From Lepidodermella squamata (lineage: Eukaryota; Animalia; Gastrotricha), in NCBI GenBank assembly GCA_047495785.1, contig JBLDXI010000021.1:2542001-2606000 (forward strand): a stretch of 64,000 nt of DNA, read 5' to 3'. The notes under the pieces were generated by a model. The model was given only the letters and a program-made list of their open reading frames with translations, made no database searches and was not told where the DNA came from. This document shows positions 39,176 to 52,580 of this stretch, one piece after another (within the stretch, counting starts at the first letter, position 1; each line of letters opens with the position of its first letter). The position numbers and the translations under genes were made by a program.

Positions 39176-41528
39176 TGTCGCTTCAGTGCACTCGAATGTA
39201 AGTGAAAATGATCTACAAAAATCAAAAGAAATCTACCTCTGTGTTATGTCAGACTTAACAACTTATTTCAGGGTAGCATCTAGGGCGCCAGGCGCCACTG
39301 CCTCACATGGGAAGTGAAAAAATTGACAATGAGATGTCAACACCCTATAAGATTTACCATTCTGAGAAATATGTTAAAAAACTTCGGCGATAAGCTTTAC
39401 GAAATAATTGATCGATTAGCTTATCATTAGCGATGACCTCGTCCTGCTCCCTGCTCCCCATTCGCCTCTCGCCTCTTATGCTTAGCGGGAGCCTCTCGTT
39501 AACCAATATGAGGACAGAGGGCCCAAGTCGTTCAATGCCGATATGTCAGCATTACAGGTTACAAGAGAAGGTGGAAGATGGAGCTAGTTTGCCCAATTCA
39601 GCCCGTTTTGGGAGCATCATGGCGCTTTTTTCTACAGTAGGCTCCACATGCTACATGTTACAATGTTCAACAAAGAACAATGAGGTCCAAACTCGCAAAG
39701 TTAAGAGTAAAAATGGACAAAGGAGTCAACGCCATATTATTTGCGCTATTATTATAGAGTAAAATCGACTCTAGAGTCTAGAGTTAGATTCGGACCGCAC
39801 TTTAATGTACAATGTTATAACAACAACAAGTTTGATGTTTGCCAGTCAGACGCATTGAGCAAGACGTCGTATTTTCCCACAGATCGAAAAGTTGGAATTG
39901 AGTTGAATCTAAAAACCTGAGAATCATGACTAGTTCACGGATATTGCCGCGGTTCAATTTTCAATCGGCAATCGGTTTCATTCAGGTTCCAGGTTAGGAT
40001 TTGAGAGTCGCGCCTATGATTGCTGTGTTTTATCGATTGGATTGATCCCTTGTGAGGTTTCACCTTCACCAACATTTTTTATACATTTATTTTAACACTA
40101 AAATAGCACTATCTGATAAAATAAAAAAATTAACAGAAAAAGTTGGCGCTATTTTATTCAAAAAAATTGCCCGCCAAGTTATGCTTGCGTCTTGTCTGTG
40201 ACCGTCAACACCTGAGGTTCCCTAGTTATGAGGGCAGGCAGGGACCGTCAACAGGCGAAGATGGGAGCTATTGGTCATTTTTGTACGGCTACCGGCGTTC
40301 ACCCCCCTGCTCAGGTTACCATGGATCGATATTTCAAAATACCCGACCGCATGTAGCCTTTCTTCCCTTTCTTCGAGAGAGGCCTAATCGCCCTGCCGGA
40401 AGTCCTCGCGAAAGACCTTGAAGAAGTCTTCGCTATCAAAATCGTCACACAAATCGATCATGACTACATCAAGTGACAGTCCAGTCTTAATTACCACAAA
40501 GACCTCGTCCATCTGAGGGAGTTGGCCAGCAACAGAACCTGGTGGCGTGACCTTCTCGACAGAATTTGTGCCTCTCTGTTGTGGGAGCGGAAAAACCCTG
40601 AACTGGGTGGAAAGCCGTCATCATCATCTATTTTACCTGTAACTTGGAAGAAAATTGTTCCTCAAACGAATAGGTTTCCTCAAATAACCGAACCAGTTTG
40701 GGTTTCGAGCTGGCCACAGCAACTCAATAAAAATTATTGACGATTCCCGAATAAAACGAATGCGTCGGAATGATTTGCTTCGACCAAAGCATTTCATCCT
40801 CTTTGGCGCGGCAAAAATTCCTAACATCGAAAATCGAAATTGAGTTTTTCACAGTTTCTATCTCAGTTTTTCATCACGCTTGTCAATTATCTGAAAACCG
40901 CATCTCAAAATTCGCCAGAGATCAGAAGTCCTGCTAACTCCACTTTTGTCGATTTTTTAGTTAACTTTTTCCACACAGAAAAGTTTCACCTCCATGGGCA
41001 TCAAAAGTGCTTTAGCTTAAAAATTATTCAATCTCGACAAAAACTGGCGATGACTCGACAAAATCGCAAACAAAAATATAAGAACTCGAGAGGAATCGAA
41101 CCGCGGCAGTGCGATATTCGATGCCAAGCGGGGAAATAACCCAGATAATTTTCACAATAAAAATCACGGAATCAGCGGAAGGGATGAATGCACGGCACCT
41201 CAAACCAAGACCTTAAAAAAAACATTAGCAATAAATAAAATAATCCACCAAAAAGTCCTATATTCAACAAATAAGTATCCCTATTGCGCGATAATGATGC
41301 GTAATCGGTCTAAACAGCCGATGCCTTTCGAACCACCGGCTATAACTATTTCTACTAGGTATCAACTCAAGGTGATCGAAATGCGTATCCTATACAATTT
41401 CTCAACACTCAACAGTCTCACACCATCTGCGATCTGCGATTGAATATTAAATTTTCTGAGGTGGGAGACGCATTTTGTCGACCACCTTTTTTGCCTAGAG
41501 TTTTTACTAAATTGGTTTGCTGTGGGAC

Positions 41529-42570
41529 ATGGCGCCCACGGAACTTCGAGATTTCAGCTTCGAGCAGAAGACTGGAGTTGGTGGCAAGCGGACAAATGAA
41601 GACATTGTTGCTATGCTATACCAGCTTCGTGATGTGATGGTCTCGGTTTTCGACAAACTCGAGAAGAAAATTGACGACGCGATTGGTGCTCTATCAAAGC
41701 TGAGTTGAGCGATCAGGAGAAGATGTTTTCCGAGCTCATCGATTCGCTCGCGAAACAAGTGAAAGAAGCGAAACCGGAAAACTTTGCCGAGGCGGTTAGT
41801 AAGGTTAGCAAACTGGAGAAGAAAGTCGTGAAGCTTGAAGTCAAGGTTGTGCAGAAGGAAGAGATAGCTGAAGCTGACCTCTACGCCGGAGCAAGGGTGT
41901 TGAACGGTGTTAAGGAGGGCGAGGCGGACAACGCTGTGAAAACAGCGGTGCCGCGACTGCAGGGTGTCTTCTTTCGTGCCCGTCGGCTGGGTCTCAAGAA
42001 AGACAACAGCAACCGCCCGATACTGGTGGTCCCTGTCAACAGCGCGATCACCAACGAAAATTTGGAGGACATGACGAAAGAACTGCCGAACGGCGTTAGG
42101 ATGCGCCGCTTTGTGCCGGCGAACCTTATGGAGGTTGAGAAAGCTTTCGTTCAAGAGGGCAAGCGAAGAAACCCGAATAGAGTGGAGGGCACCAGCTACT
42201 TCCAGGTCCGCAGCATGAGGTTGCGAGTGGTCAACGAACAAGGCCTTGCGCGACTGCGTTATTACCCGACTACGAAGAAGGTTGTCGACAGTGACGAGTA
42301 TGTCTTTGATGGTCACTTCCGCCCACGTCGCCTATGACGGGGGGAGAGGGAAAACAAAGAAGAAGAAAGGTGGCGAGTGCGGTGTGCCAACATTCAAGGC
42401 TATTGCACTGAGAAGTTGGGAGTAATGATTAAAATGGTGAAGGATAGCAGCATGTGTGGCTTCATGGAAACCTGGAAGTATGAAGATGTGTTACCAGATA
42501 TTGAAGGTTACGAAAAGTTTGCATCTTCTGGAAAACGCGTGGGCCGAGGTAGGCTATCTGGCGGCAATGT
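41529..42570 (+). mobile_element. 5' part of a LINE: ORF1-like coiled-coil protein (frameshift near 41705) and start of the APE endonuclease
   Basis: Coiled-coil-rich ORF followed by RCANIQG..GFMETW..IEGYEKF..RGRLSGG (APE N-terminal motifs), truncated by a palindromic element at about 42575. Confidence 0.7.
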
Positions 42571-42574
42571 GGTA

Positions 42575-42868
42575 TAGGTAGTAACTTCGGACACGCACAA
42601 ACTTCGGTTCGGAGGCGCTTCGGAGAGCAGTTGTGGGCCTCTCCAGCGCCTCCGAACCGAAGTTTGTGCGCGTCCTTTGTTCAGTGCGTGCGCGCCGCCC
42701 TTGAGAGATTGTTCTCACTTCGGGCGCGCAGTCCGAAATGCGCGCGTTTGTGAACGAAAATCTCAAACTTCGGTCAGCGATTACGCAACTTCGGAGAGCG
42801 ATTACGAAACTTCGGAGGCTAAAACTTCGGACGCGTCTCCGAAGCAGTTTGTGAACGTAACATAACCC
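42575..42868. repeat. Palindromic repeat with 31-bp hairpin arms and AACTTCGG sub-repeats
   Basis: 42589-42619 is inverted at 42645-42675 with 1 mismatch. Tandem ACTTCGG units at 42765-42830. Confidence 0.75.
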
Positions 42869-42970
42869 TCGTGCTCCGGCGGAGAAGCATCAAAGAAAGC
42901 CTTAACAGCGCTCTTATCGACGACTCTTTCTTCACCGGAAGACTTCATGTTGACCAAAATTCACCGCCGA

Positions 42971-43180
42971 TTTCGTTATACCGATGGTCAGCAGCATGTG
43001 TTCATGCGCGACAGAGCCAGCTAGCGGCGTTCGTTATAGAGAAAGTTCGGTATAAAAAGTTCGTTACAACGAATGTTATTTATATGCAAAAAGGCGTAGC
43101 TCGGTACGAGCCAGCCATTTTTGTTCGTTATAGTAAAAGTTCTTTATGTACCCCGTTCGTTATAACGATTCTGCACTGTA
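42971..43180. mobile_element. Right end of a pogo/Tigger-like DNA transposon
   Basis: Repeated TTCGTTATA subterminal motifs ending ...ATAACGATTCTGCACTG|TA. Confidence 0.5.
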
Positions 43181-44205
43181 CACTACCTAAATATACGAAA
43201 TCATCTACTTCCTCTATGTGTTGGCCGTAAATAGTAAAAGGCAAAAATAAATTGTAGCCTTTATTTACAACCATGAAATTCATTTTGGGAACAATTTTCC
43301 TTTCTTCGGAATGGGTATTAAAATTAAGTTGAGGAACTCATTAATTAATTTGTTGGTTAATTAGTGAAAAGGTTGATGAATTTGGCAAACCGATTGCTTT
43401 CACGTTGATAAGGCAGGTTGTGTAAACTCCGACTTGGGCTTCGCTGAACTTGACATCATAACTACAAGTCAGTTCGTCCCGTTTATTGCTTGGCAAACTT
43501 TATTTATCTGAAATTTGCATTAGTAATAAATCAACAAACATAAAAACCAGTTTTGATCAATCAGATCAGCGATGTTGTTCATAAAAGGTAAAAAGCGGGT
43601 TCATTCCAGTCGATAAAATGTGTCAGCCTTCAAACAAAGAACCCGAGTATAAACATGAAACACAGCCGTCGCAACTACTTTCCAGGCTGCCTGACAGAAA
43701 TACTGTTACGGAAAAATAATGAGCACATTGCAGTTCAGTGATAGTACCAACCTCATGGTTATTTCACTTAGATCGTTGCTCATTTAAATGAGGCCGAGAA
43801 TTTTCAAAGGCGAGATGCGACTTTCATAAAACTGTAAGATTAATCGCAAAAAAGCTGCAGCTTCAAGCATAGTTAGGTTGCACGTAAGGGACGACAGAAG
43901 ATAGATTCGCCAGAAAATTCATATCATTCATTTCTTGCATTGCATTATTAGATGAGTAAACAATGAAGAGTAAATAAACGGAGGTCTCTCGTGTCCTTGG
44001 TGAGATGTAAAACAACAATATTAACGGACGCTTTCAGCTGTGCGTCAAGTTCAACAATTACAGCAATACACATGCGGAATTTCATGAATTCAAAATAAAG
44101 CTGTGAAAAATAAGTTATTCTAGAGAAAAATAATAAGAAACAGCCATTTGTGCTATCCAAAAGCAAATATGGCGGAAGACAAAGATGAGAAAGTGGGACG
44201 CTTTC

Positions 44206-47200
44206 TTAGACCCTTGAGTCAACCTGTTCAGAGCGGTGCGCTGCATCATCTGAGAAATGTAAAATAGATAAGCATCGACCAACGGTTTAGGCACAATAAA
44301 CTAACCATCTTCGATGAAAGCAGTGTTTGCTTTTCCTTTGTTTTTTCGACGAGCCGACGACAGCACCGGATCCAGTTGATAGGGAGCGAAGCCACCAATT
44401 TTCACTCCTGAGTCTTCGGTATCTACAGTGCTCCCTTCGGCAGATGTACCATTAATAGCATCAAGCATTAGCTCATGAATAAATCTGAATTGCTGTTCAG
44501 TCTAAACGGAATTCATAATTATAGGGCAGAGAAACTCAAAGCGATGGTTACTTGAACTAGTTGACGGTATTCCCGCAGTTTCCGAACCACGCCAGTAACG
44601 TCCAGCGGCCGACCAGCGGCCAGATCCTGAAGAAGTATATCAATCGCGATGAAAGCACCACTTCTTCCCACACCGGCGCTGCAGCTGTAAAGCATTAAAA
44701 CTTGAAAATGACATTCCAATCTCTAATTGACTCAACATACTGCACGACAATAGGCTCGACAACTTGGCCGGCAGTATGGTTGGCTTGGTTGCGAACCATC
44801 TTTATAAACCGTAGCAGATGTCCGCGATTTCGCCCGGATGGCACGCCCTGGTCCGGCCATGCGTTGAATTGATACTGTCGCAAAGTACGCGTTTGTGACG
44901 GCTGCGACTCATCATCGTTCGGAAGGCTTATTCGGAAGTCTCTAATCGTCCAAACACCACTGGATGTGTCCCGTGAGTTATCGAAGTCGAAATGGTAATT
45001 ATCAGTGCTTAAGGCCGGTGACGAGATCTCATCCGACTGACTCACCAACTGAACGTTGAGGGGTCCGAACGGATGCTCTCCTGCGTCACTGTCGACATGA
45101 GGTGGCCAGTAACACTCACATTTCCTTACGCCCCCTTCTTTCATTTTTGTCAGCATTACAATGGACCCAACTCGTTGCTGCCAGACCAGACGCCAGAAGT
45201 CGGGAATAGTCAATGGTAGAGGTCCTTGAGTCGCAATGTACTCGTGATCAGAACACAACCCGGGAACGAAGTTGGCGTTGATGTAATCACATCCCTCTCC
45301 GTTGAGATCAAACTCGGCCGGAGAATTTTTATCGTCTTCGTCATCGTCATCATTAGATGCCAACGACCGTCGCATTACGGCGCTCGGCCACGGCATTAAT
45401 TTCACACGACTGTGATCATAAGGCAGCACGTTCGTAAACCGGTTTTTCAGTCGATTCACAGGCAGTTCGGCTGCTATAGTCGGTTGTTGCAATCCAACCA
45501 ATCTAACTTCATCCCAAATTGTTGCATATCCTATGAAGGGAATACATCCCTGTGAAATAAATCTTTACATTTCCACTCGTAAAACTAACCAAGTCCGGAA
45601 TTTTTCTCCAAGCTGCTGACATAGCCACCAAATTTATCTGGCGAGATAGCCCCTGGTGGGAACGAAGAATTCGTCAGATTAGGTGACGACGGAAACGCAT
45701 CGTCGGCTAGTGCTAATCCAGGCGGCATTGAGACGTTGGCTTGCCATGTTTGTTTTGGTGTGTTTCGGCGATAGCGGCGCACTACGAAGATGAGCCCGAC
45801 AACAAGAACTGCGCCGACAACCACGCCCGCTGCCGCTCCACCGCCCGCGGCGGCGGCATTGTCAACAACCGCTGAAGAGGAGGGCGGCGCCTGCGTAGCA
45901 GTACTTCTGCAAATTGAGAGTAAATCACGTCTGAAAGGCGGATTTGACCGCAGTAAAACAAATACCCAGTGGGCGCAACGGCAGGGACCGTGGCCTCAAA
46001 TGGCAGCACGCGCTTCGTTGACAGTTGCGAGTTTGCGTCCTTGCCGGAAGGATCCCCTGATGCCGTTATTGTTATTGCTAGCTCATCGATGGAGTCGTTG
46101 TCCAGTTTTTTTATTTCGCAGAATACACGTTCGGAGAACTGAACATTTGACCAATACGCCGGCTCGCAAACCACTGAGGAGTTCTTCCGTGGGTGAGCCA
46201 GCTCTACCCAGAGACGCGCCACCAAATTTGTTTGGGACAAATAGAACGGATTTCGAATGTAAATCATAGAGGCGGATATGTTCAGCCAATCGCCGAGTTC
46301 GGTCTGTAATTTCGGCCCTATTTATGACAATGCTTAAGAAATATTAGGATAGAATCACGAATTTGCTTGCTTTCAAACGGTATCAGCAAAATGAAAGTGG
46401 ACACTCGGCAGTCCGAAATATCGAAGATCTTTGCGCCAGACTGCCAATAAACAGACACCTAAAAGCAATCAAATTATTGAATATGAACTGTCTTGAGGAC
46501 ATACCCCTACCTCATACTGCTTGCCAGGTTTGACCGTGAAATCATAAGAAGTGAAGTTGGTGATGTGAGTCTTTGAGCGCTCTTCGCTCAGCTCACGGTA
46601 AGATACCGTGTACGCCATCTGACTATCCTTAGACGGAAATACAACCCAAGAGCATCGACCGTATATTTCGTTCCTCTCGAAATCCGGGGGTCTGCAATCC
46701 AAGTTTTCCACTGAACGGTCGCAAAACTCGGGTCCACTTGTCGTCGATTGCAAATTCCCATTGCTCGTGGTAGAGGTTTTCGATGAAACGACAGGTGTCG
46801 TCGTGCTGAAGTAAACACCACTAGTGGTTACTTTGTAAGTAATAGCGGTTGATGGGATTTTCGCTGTGGTTATAAACACGGTTGTTTTGGCAGAGGCAAC
46901 GGTTGAGGTCAGCGCTGTCGTGGAGCTATTAGTCGTAGCAGTGGTTAACATTTCTGGTGTCCTGGTTGGCACAGTAATCGACGTCACGTTTGACAACGCG
47001 CTATTGTATGCGATTGTTGAGGTAGTCGGAATCGCAGTGGAGCGTACAAGCGTTGCGTTTAATTCATTTATCTGACTTTTTGGAATCAGCCTAGTAGCGT
47101 TAATTTCGGATTCGGAATTAGATAGCGGTGATATTATATCAGGCATCGCAGTTTCATTGTTGAACGTGGCATTTTTTACTCCGGACTTGACGACAGAATG

Positions 47201-47953
47201 TTTGGTAACAACGGTACTAGTTTGAACTTCTGTACTCGGATGTACTCGCTCTGATGATGCACTCGGCGTTGATGAAGAAGGTAGATCGGACTGAAAATCA
47301 GCAGTCTTAGAATGTTTACTAGACAGCACCGGACTTGGCAAAGACAAAGTTGATGTCAATAAATTAGCATAAATCGACTTGCTATGGATTACGGTTGAAA
47401 TGGTCACCACTTTCGGAGAAGTAGTTGTGAAATTCGAGAAGTTACTAGGCGACTGAACCTGTTCACTGGCATTGAAATCCATTCCCTTTACTGATGAATT
47501 TCTCGTAATTGATGTCTTATCCAAGGTTTCATTGCCAACAAACGCTTTAGAAATGGCATTTTCTGTCAAATTAGCATTTTCAGGGACTGCAACTGATTTT
47601 GCTAGCCCCCGAGTAGCGTTTTTGAAATCAGATTTTTTATCATAAATATTGCCTTTCGGCAATTTCGAAATTGAAAAATCAGGAGAGCCGATTTTTGTTG
47701 TTGCATTGACATATGCCGCGGAAGAAGAATTTATCGGCAGGCTGGTTGGTCCGATGGAAAATACGCCGCGAGGTAGTCCGCTTCTTATGTTCAGAACGTT
47801 CCGAGAGGCGGCGGCAACTTTTCCAGAGCTGAATGTGGCATTTTTTTCCACCGGCAGCGAATTAGATCCCGATTTTAAAATGAACGCATCCAACTTGACC
47901 GAAATTCCAAAAATAGCGAGCAACAGACAGGACTGAGCAAAAGCCAACTCCAT
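44206..47953 (-). CDS. Receptor protein tyrosine phosphatase, single catalytic domain (R3-like), mucin-like ectodomain
   Basis: Signal peptide, S/T-rich region, FN3-like segment, [72 protein letters not shown] (H codon split by an intron), LVQTEQQF, C-terminal DSRV. Seven introns. Confidence 0.9.
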
Positions 47954-50133
47954 CTATTGAATTCCGCAGACAGGCCTTGAATGTTTAATCCATCACGAAA
48001 ACTTCATTTTCATTAAAATTCGCAAGGAAGCCTATTTAATGCGCATATTCGGTGTATTCTTCATGTTATTATAATTAGTCATTTTCACGCTCGCGTAATA
48101 CGAATGTTATACTTCACACTTTACCTATCAGGAAACAAGATTACAAACTGGAAAGATTCCGTTGACTCTCTACCATCAAAAGTCGTTCTGTCTAGCAACG
48201 TATTTCTTCGCTCTCCGGATGGAATAATTCATTTTCAAAACTAATTCAAACTGAAAGTATACTGTCTTTTCTGAGATGCACTAGTGGTTGTTAAGCTCGT
48301 ATGCGCGTTTTGGTGGATGGGTTTCCAACTTCAAACACAAAATAAGGCCTGAAAGGGGAAAAGGCGCCACGATTTTCTTACCTATCACGGGGAGAACAAT
48401 ATTTGCAATATCTGACAGATTAGGAGGGGAGAGGGGAGGTCGGTTTGGACTTTGCACTGGTCATCTGTCAATATCGTTATAGAGCACGGCGAAAAAGCGC
48501 AAGTTATATTGAGTTGAAAAGATTTTTCAATAAAACAGAGTAAGAAAAGGCACATGAAAGAATATAAGTAATGCAAATATAATATAATGCTTACCAAATG
48601 GAATACATTTTATCTGACTTCGATTCTGATCTGATGCTGCAAGCGTTTTAATCAAGTCCTGGCACAGGCGTTGACTGCGCTAAACAATAAACAACGAAAA
48701 ACTTGCGGAACCCATAACCAACTCCACCCCAGGACAAGGCAACAGACAACAAACAAGACCTCATCCGAGACGGCCGAGACAGCCTGAGGGCGGTGAGTTC
48801 GACTTTTCGTCTCGGCCAACATACTGGGCCGCGCAAATGAGAAAAATAACATATAAATATTTCTAATGCATATCAATAAATAAGTAAAAATATGTAAAAA
48901 ACACAATTTGAAATATTTGTTTATATTATGCGTCACAAAATTATGAAAATATGGCGGTAAAACAAAGTTTGAAACGTGGGTTTTTTCACCAAAAATAAAA
49001 CCAATAAAAACATTGATCCAAAACTCATATTTTATGTCATCCAATTATGACATTTCTTGGCCCTTAATTTCATCGTCTGATAAGCATGAAGCCTGCTGGT
49101 GGGAAATCTTAAAAAGCTGAAGTAGTTGCGCTCCGTCGTTGACCTGAGCAGACGACACGGTTGTATCCGCAGAGGCCGCTTAAGGATGCACACGTGGGCT
49201 GCCATACCTCTCAATGGTTGTCTCGCTCGAGAGGTGGGGAAACCCACAGGTCGATTGACGGTCTTCTACGAAAAGGCTTACATAAACTCGAGCGGGGTTT
49301 GGCACCACATCCAATGGTGTCGGGTCTTCATTAGAGTGGGAGGAGAGAGTTGGCAGCCAGCTCACTCTCGGATCTTCCAAACCTGTCATCATCAACATCA
49401 TCATCATTATAACTTATATTTGCCAGTTAGCTCAAAATAAGCTTCTTTGTCCAGGGTAACACCTCGCAGCTTTTCATGGCTCTATTGCTTTCCGTGTAAT
49501 CGCGTGGTGGAAGGAGCTGCCGAGTGAGTTGCTATCATCGTCTGAAATTTTCAGAATGTTACTGAAAAGGAAGCTGGAAATGAAATCCGTATCATAAAAA
49601 AACCCATGTCATTCTGTCTATATGTAGTATATGTGTATATAGCCTTAACATATACTTGGTATATGAAATAATAATAATCACATCCTTCAGTTACCAAAGT
49701 GTTATTGTTTTTCGGGTATCGCAGCGTCTAATTGTTTATTTTGTACGATCAAAAGAACGAATTAGTGTTATTAGTGCTATGTGCAAAGTGAACAGTAAAC
49801 GACAAAGTTTGAACTATTAGTTGAATAGCAGTTAGATTTCGATCAAACCCACCATCAGGCGACTGTCCTGGTTCCCAAGCCTGAATTACCATAAATACCT
49901 CTTTTATTTCGTTATCATAAAGAGTGTTATGTCAGATCCCGCGTGCGACGAGCCGCGAAATTCTATCCACCTTGTTATCTCGCTATCTCTCGCAAGTTAG
50001 AATTTGATGGTTGAAGGTTGCGATTATTCCGCAATCCGCAGCTGTGCAAATGGCAATTTATCGTTACCGTTGCCTTTTTCTTTACCATTATCTTTTCTCG
50101 CCATTAGACGATTTATCAGGATTTTGTGGCGAA

Positions 50134-50996
50134 ATGTCCTTCTTGCGCCATTCGCTATTCCGGGCATTCAGTGGCTCAGGAAATATTGATATCGCACGGT
50201 ACTGTTTCCAATTTCAATTGGAGGCGTTACAAAACTTATTTTGATTAGATCATCCAAGAAGCATTTCATCTTCGCCGCTCAAGCTGTCCGATATTCTTCA
50301 ACTTCTACGAAAAAAGAAAGTGAAGAAAGTGCACCTGAAAATATTCAGCAACCAGGAGTTTCTAACGAATCGTCATGTCAAGGCTGTAACGATTTATCGC
50401 GTCAACTTGCTGACTCTTTGAAGGCATCTGAAATACATTGTCCGCATAATTTAGCTTACCTTGAAACATATTACAGGAACAAAAGGAGATCGAAGCTCGA
50501 GTGTCTGACCTGACTGATAAATACAAGCGAGCTCTTGCTGAAATGGAGAATGTCCGCCATCGACTTATGAAGCAAGCTGATGATGCCAGATTGTTTGCGG
50601 TGCAATCATTCGCGAAAGATCTGCTTGTAGTTGCGGACTCTCTCAATCAGGCTGCGAAGAGTGTATCAACAGCTTCGTCAAAAATTAATGATGATGGCAA
50701 TTTTCGCGCGCTATATGATGGCCTTGTTTTGACGGATAATCAGCTACATCAGGTCATCTATTTAGCACCTAGAGTTTCTAAATCTATTTGGTTATTTACA
50801 GGTTTTCGGGAAGCATGGGCTCTCAAAAGTCAGTCCCGCAGTTGGTGAAAAATTTGATCCTAAAGTTCACGAAGCTCTATTTCAACAAGATCCCACGAAA
50901 GGTGAAGCTAGCGGCACCATTGCAGTAGTACAAAAGGTTGGATATGTACTTCGTGAGAGATGCATTCGTCCCGCTGTCGTTGGAGTCTTCAAATAA
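50134..50996 (+). CDS. GRPEL1: Mitochondrial GrpE nucleotide exchange factor
   Basis: Presequence-like MSFLRHSLFRAF, DKYKRALAEMENVRHR, FAVQSFAKDLLVVADSL, GEKFDPKVHEALF, GYVLRERCIRPAVVGV. Three introns. Confidence 0.92.
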
Positions 50997-51334
50997 CTCG
51001 ACCGGTTAATTGAGACGTTTGTTGTTGGTGTCCAATCACTATTGATAATCGCTTCGCAAGCGACCGAAATTTTTAAAAATGGTAGATCATATATGGAAAT
51101 AATTGAGCGAAATGTTAATATGCAGTAAAATAACCGACAGTATCCTTCTTTATCTCATTACAAGGTTGTGATGCTCTTGAATCGCTCTGGAAGAGGTTGA
51201 AGCGATTCGAGAACACATGTCAGCTTTTTTACATACATGGCAGGTGTAGGAGTTAACGGATGGGCTTCCATGCGCCTCATCCAGTCGTTTAGGTTGCTTA
51301 CTAGCATCGAGACAAGCGGGCGAGCAACAAATAA

Positions 51335-51450
51335 TCTTTATATCTTGATTTCTCTATTTCTTTACTTCTTTACGTCTTTACTAGAGCGTCGCAGCTCGGC
51401 CCGCTCGATTTGCGCGCTGCGCGCGCGTTACCCGCGATTTTCGGCGGGGT
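51335..51450 (+). mobile_element. Terminus of the (TCTTTANN)6 element family
   Basis: TCTTTATATCTTGATTTCTCTATTTCTTTACTTCTTTACGTCTTTACTAG followed by AGCGTCGCA, matching the ends of the 8942-9162 element. Confidence 0.65.
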
Positions 51451-51796
51451 GAGAAAATTCCCATTAGTTTTATTGATGGAAAATATTTTTTGCAATGAAA
51501 TAAAAATAATTTAAATAATCAAGCAGCGAATTCAAGCAATTCAAACATTCGTTGATGAAATTGAGCGCTATAAGTTTATTTCTGACGATTCGGTTATTTT
51601 CCATATGTAACTATCTTCAGGGATACAGAGGATGAATTTTCTCATGAAGTTAAAATTGTAAAATTAAGGCGGAAATTTAAATTAGTGATAGTAAGGATTA
51701 TAAGCCTAATCTGATCCAGTAAATACGATTAATCTCTAACTAAAGTTATCTCGGCCTGGCTCGCCTGCACAGCTCATGAAAAATAAGCTCCATGAA

Positions 51797-52580
51797 GAGT
51801 TTCGCCTTGATTGAATCGGTTTGTTTATTCATATTCGGTTTCAGCTCGGTATCGCAAACATCTCCAAGACAAGGCAGTCCCATTTGTTGCGTCCTTTCAT
51901 TAATACTCTAAAGTTCTTATCAATTACCTCCTTTGCAACGCCATGACTTTGCATGTGCTTGCCAATATCCGTATATCTGTGCCCACGTTCAACTCGTTAG
52001 TGTAGGTGTCGAGACGTCATCCCGACATAATCGGCATCGCACCGATCACATTTAAAGTACCGTCAACTGTCAAGCGACTTTGACGGTGGGGTCACTTTGC
52101 CATGCGAAAATGGGGTGACTTATGCATAGCAATTCTCGAAGGTAGCCATGCTGATACTCCTCGAGTGGGGTACCCTAGGATGGCCCTAGAAAAGGCAAGC
52201 ATTGATGTGTATACTAGACGTCAATCGGTCGCCTTACCTGGTGATTAAAGACAGGTGAAGTTTATGAAATTTTTTGTGTTTTTTTTGGCAAAATTACAAT
52301 GACTCCGCAGTTAAGCAGGTGAGATCGAAATGATCGAAATGTCGCTTGACAGTTGACAGTAATACACGACTCGCTGCTCGTTGATGATAGACGGCTTCGT
52401 CTCTTTGGGACGAAAATTCTCGATGACCTTCCTGCTGACAAATATGGGTTCCAAACCCAGTTCAACCTTATTGCTGAGATCTCTCAATTGCCGTTTTACT
52501 ATCCTAGAAGCTTTTTCATCGATGTAGGGAATAGGTTTCTGCGCCTTCTGATTTCTTATCCTCGCTGGATTTAGGTTTGC
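51797..52580 (-). mobile_element. Penelope-like GIY-YIG fragment (second copy), split by a MITE
   Basis: Near-colinear with 4225-4660: KPIPYIDEKAS, SIINEQRVVY, CDRCDADYVGMTSRHLH, KGRNKWDCLV. Confidence 0.75.
52060..52359. mobile_element. Tc1/mariner-type MITE with TA TSD
   Basis: TIR CCGTCAACTGTCAAGCGAC / GTCGCTTGACAGTTGACAG. The empty site AGAG-TA-ATACAC in the paralogous copy at about 4466-4477 confirms the TA duplication. Confidence 0.88.

Noticed and set aside
41085-41135. GGTTCGATTC T-loop-like motif on the minus strand
   Set aside because: No T-stem, acceptor stem or anticodon arm, so not a tRNA.
41507-42316. 269-aa minus-strand ORF
   Set aside because: Antisense shadow of the GC-rich LINE ORF1-like frame, with no recognisable motifs.
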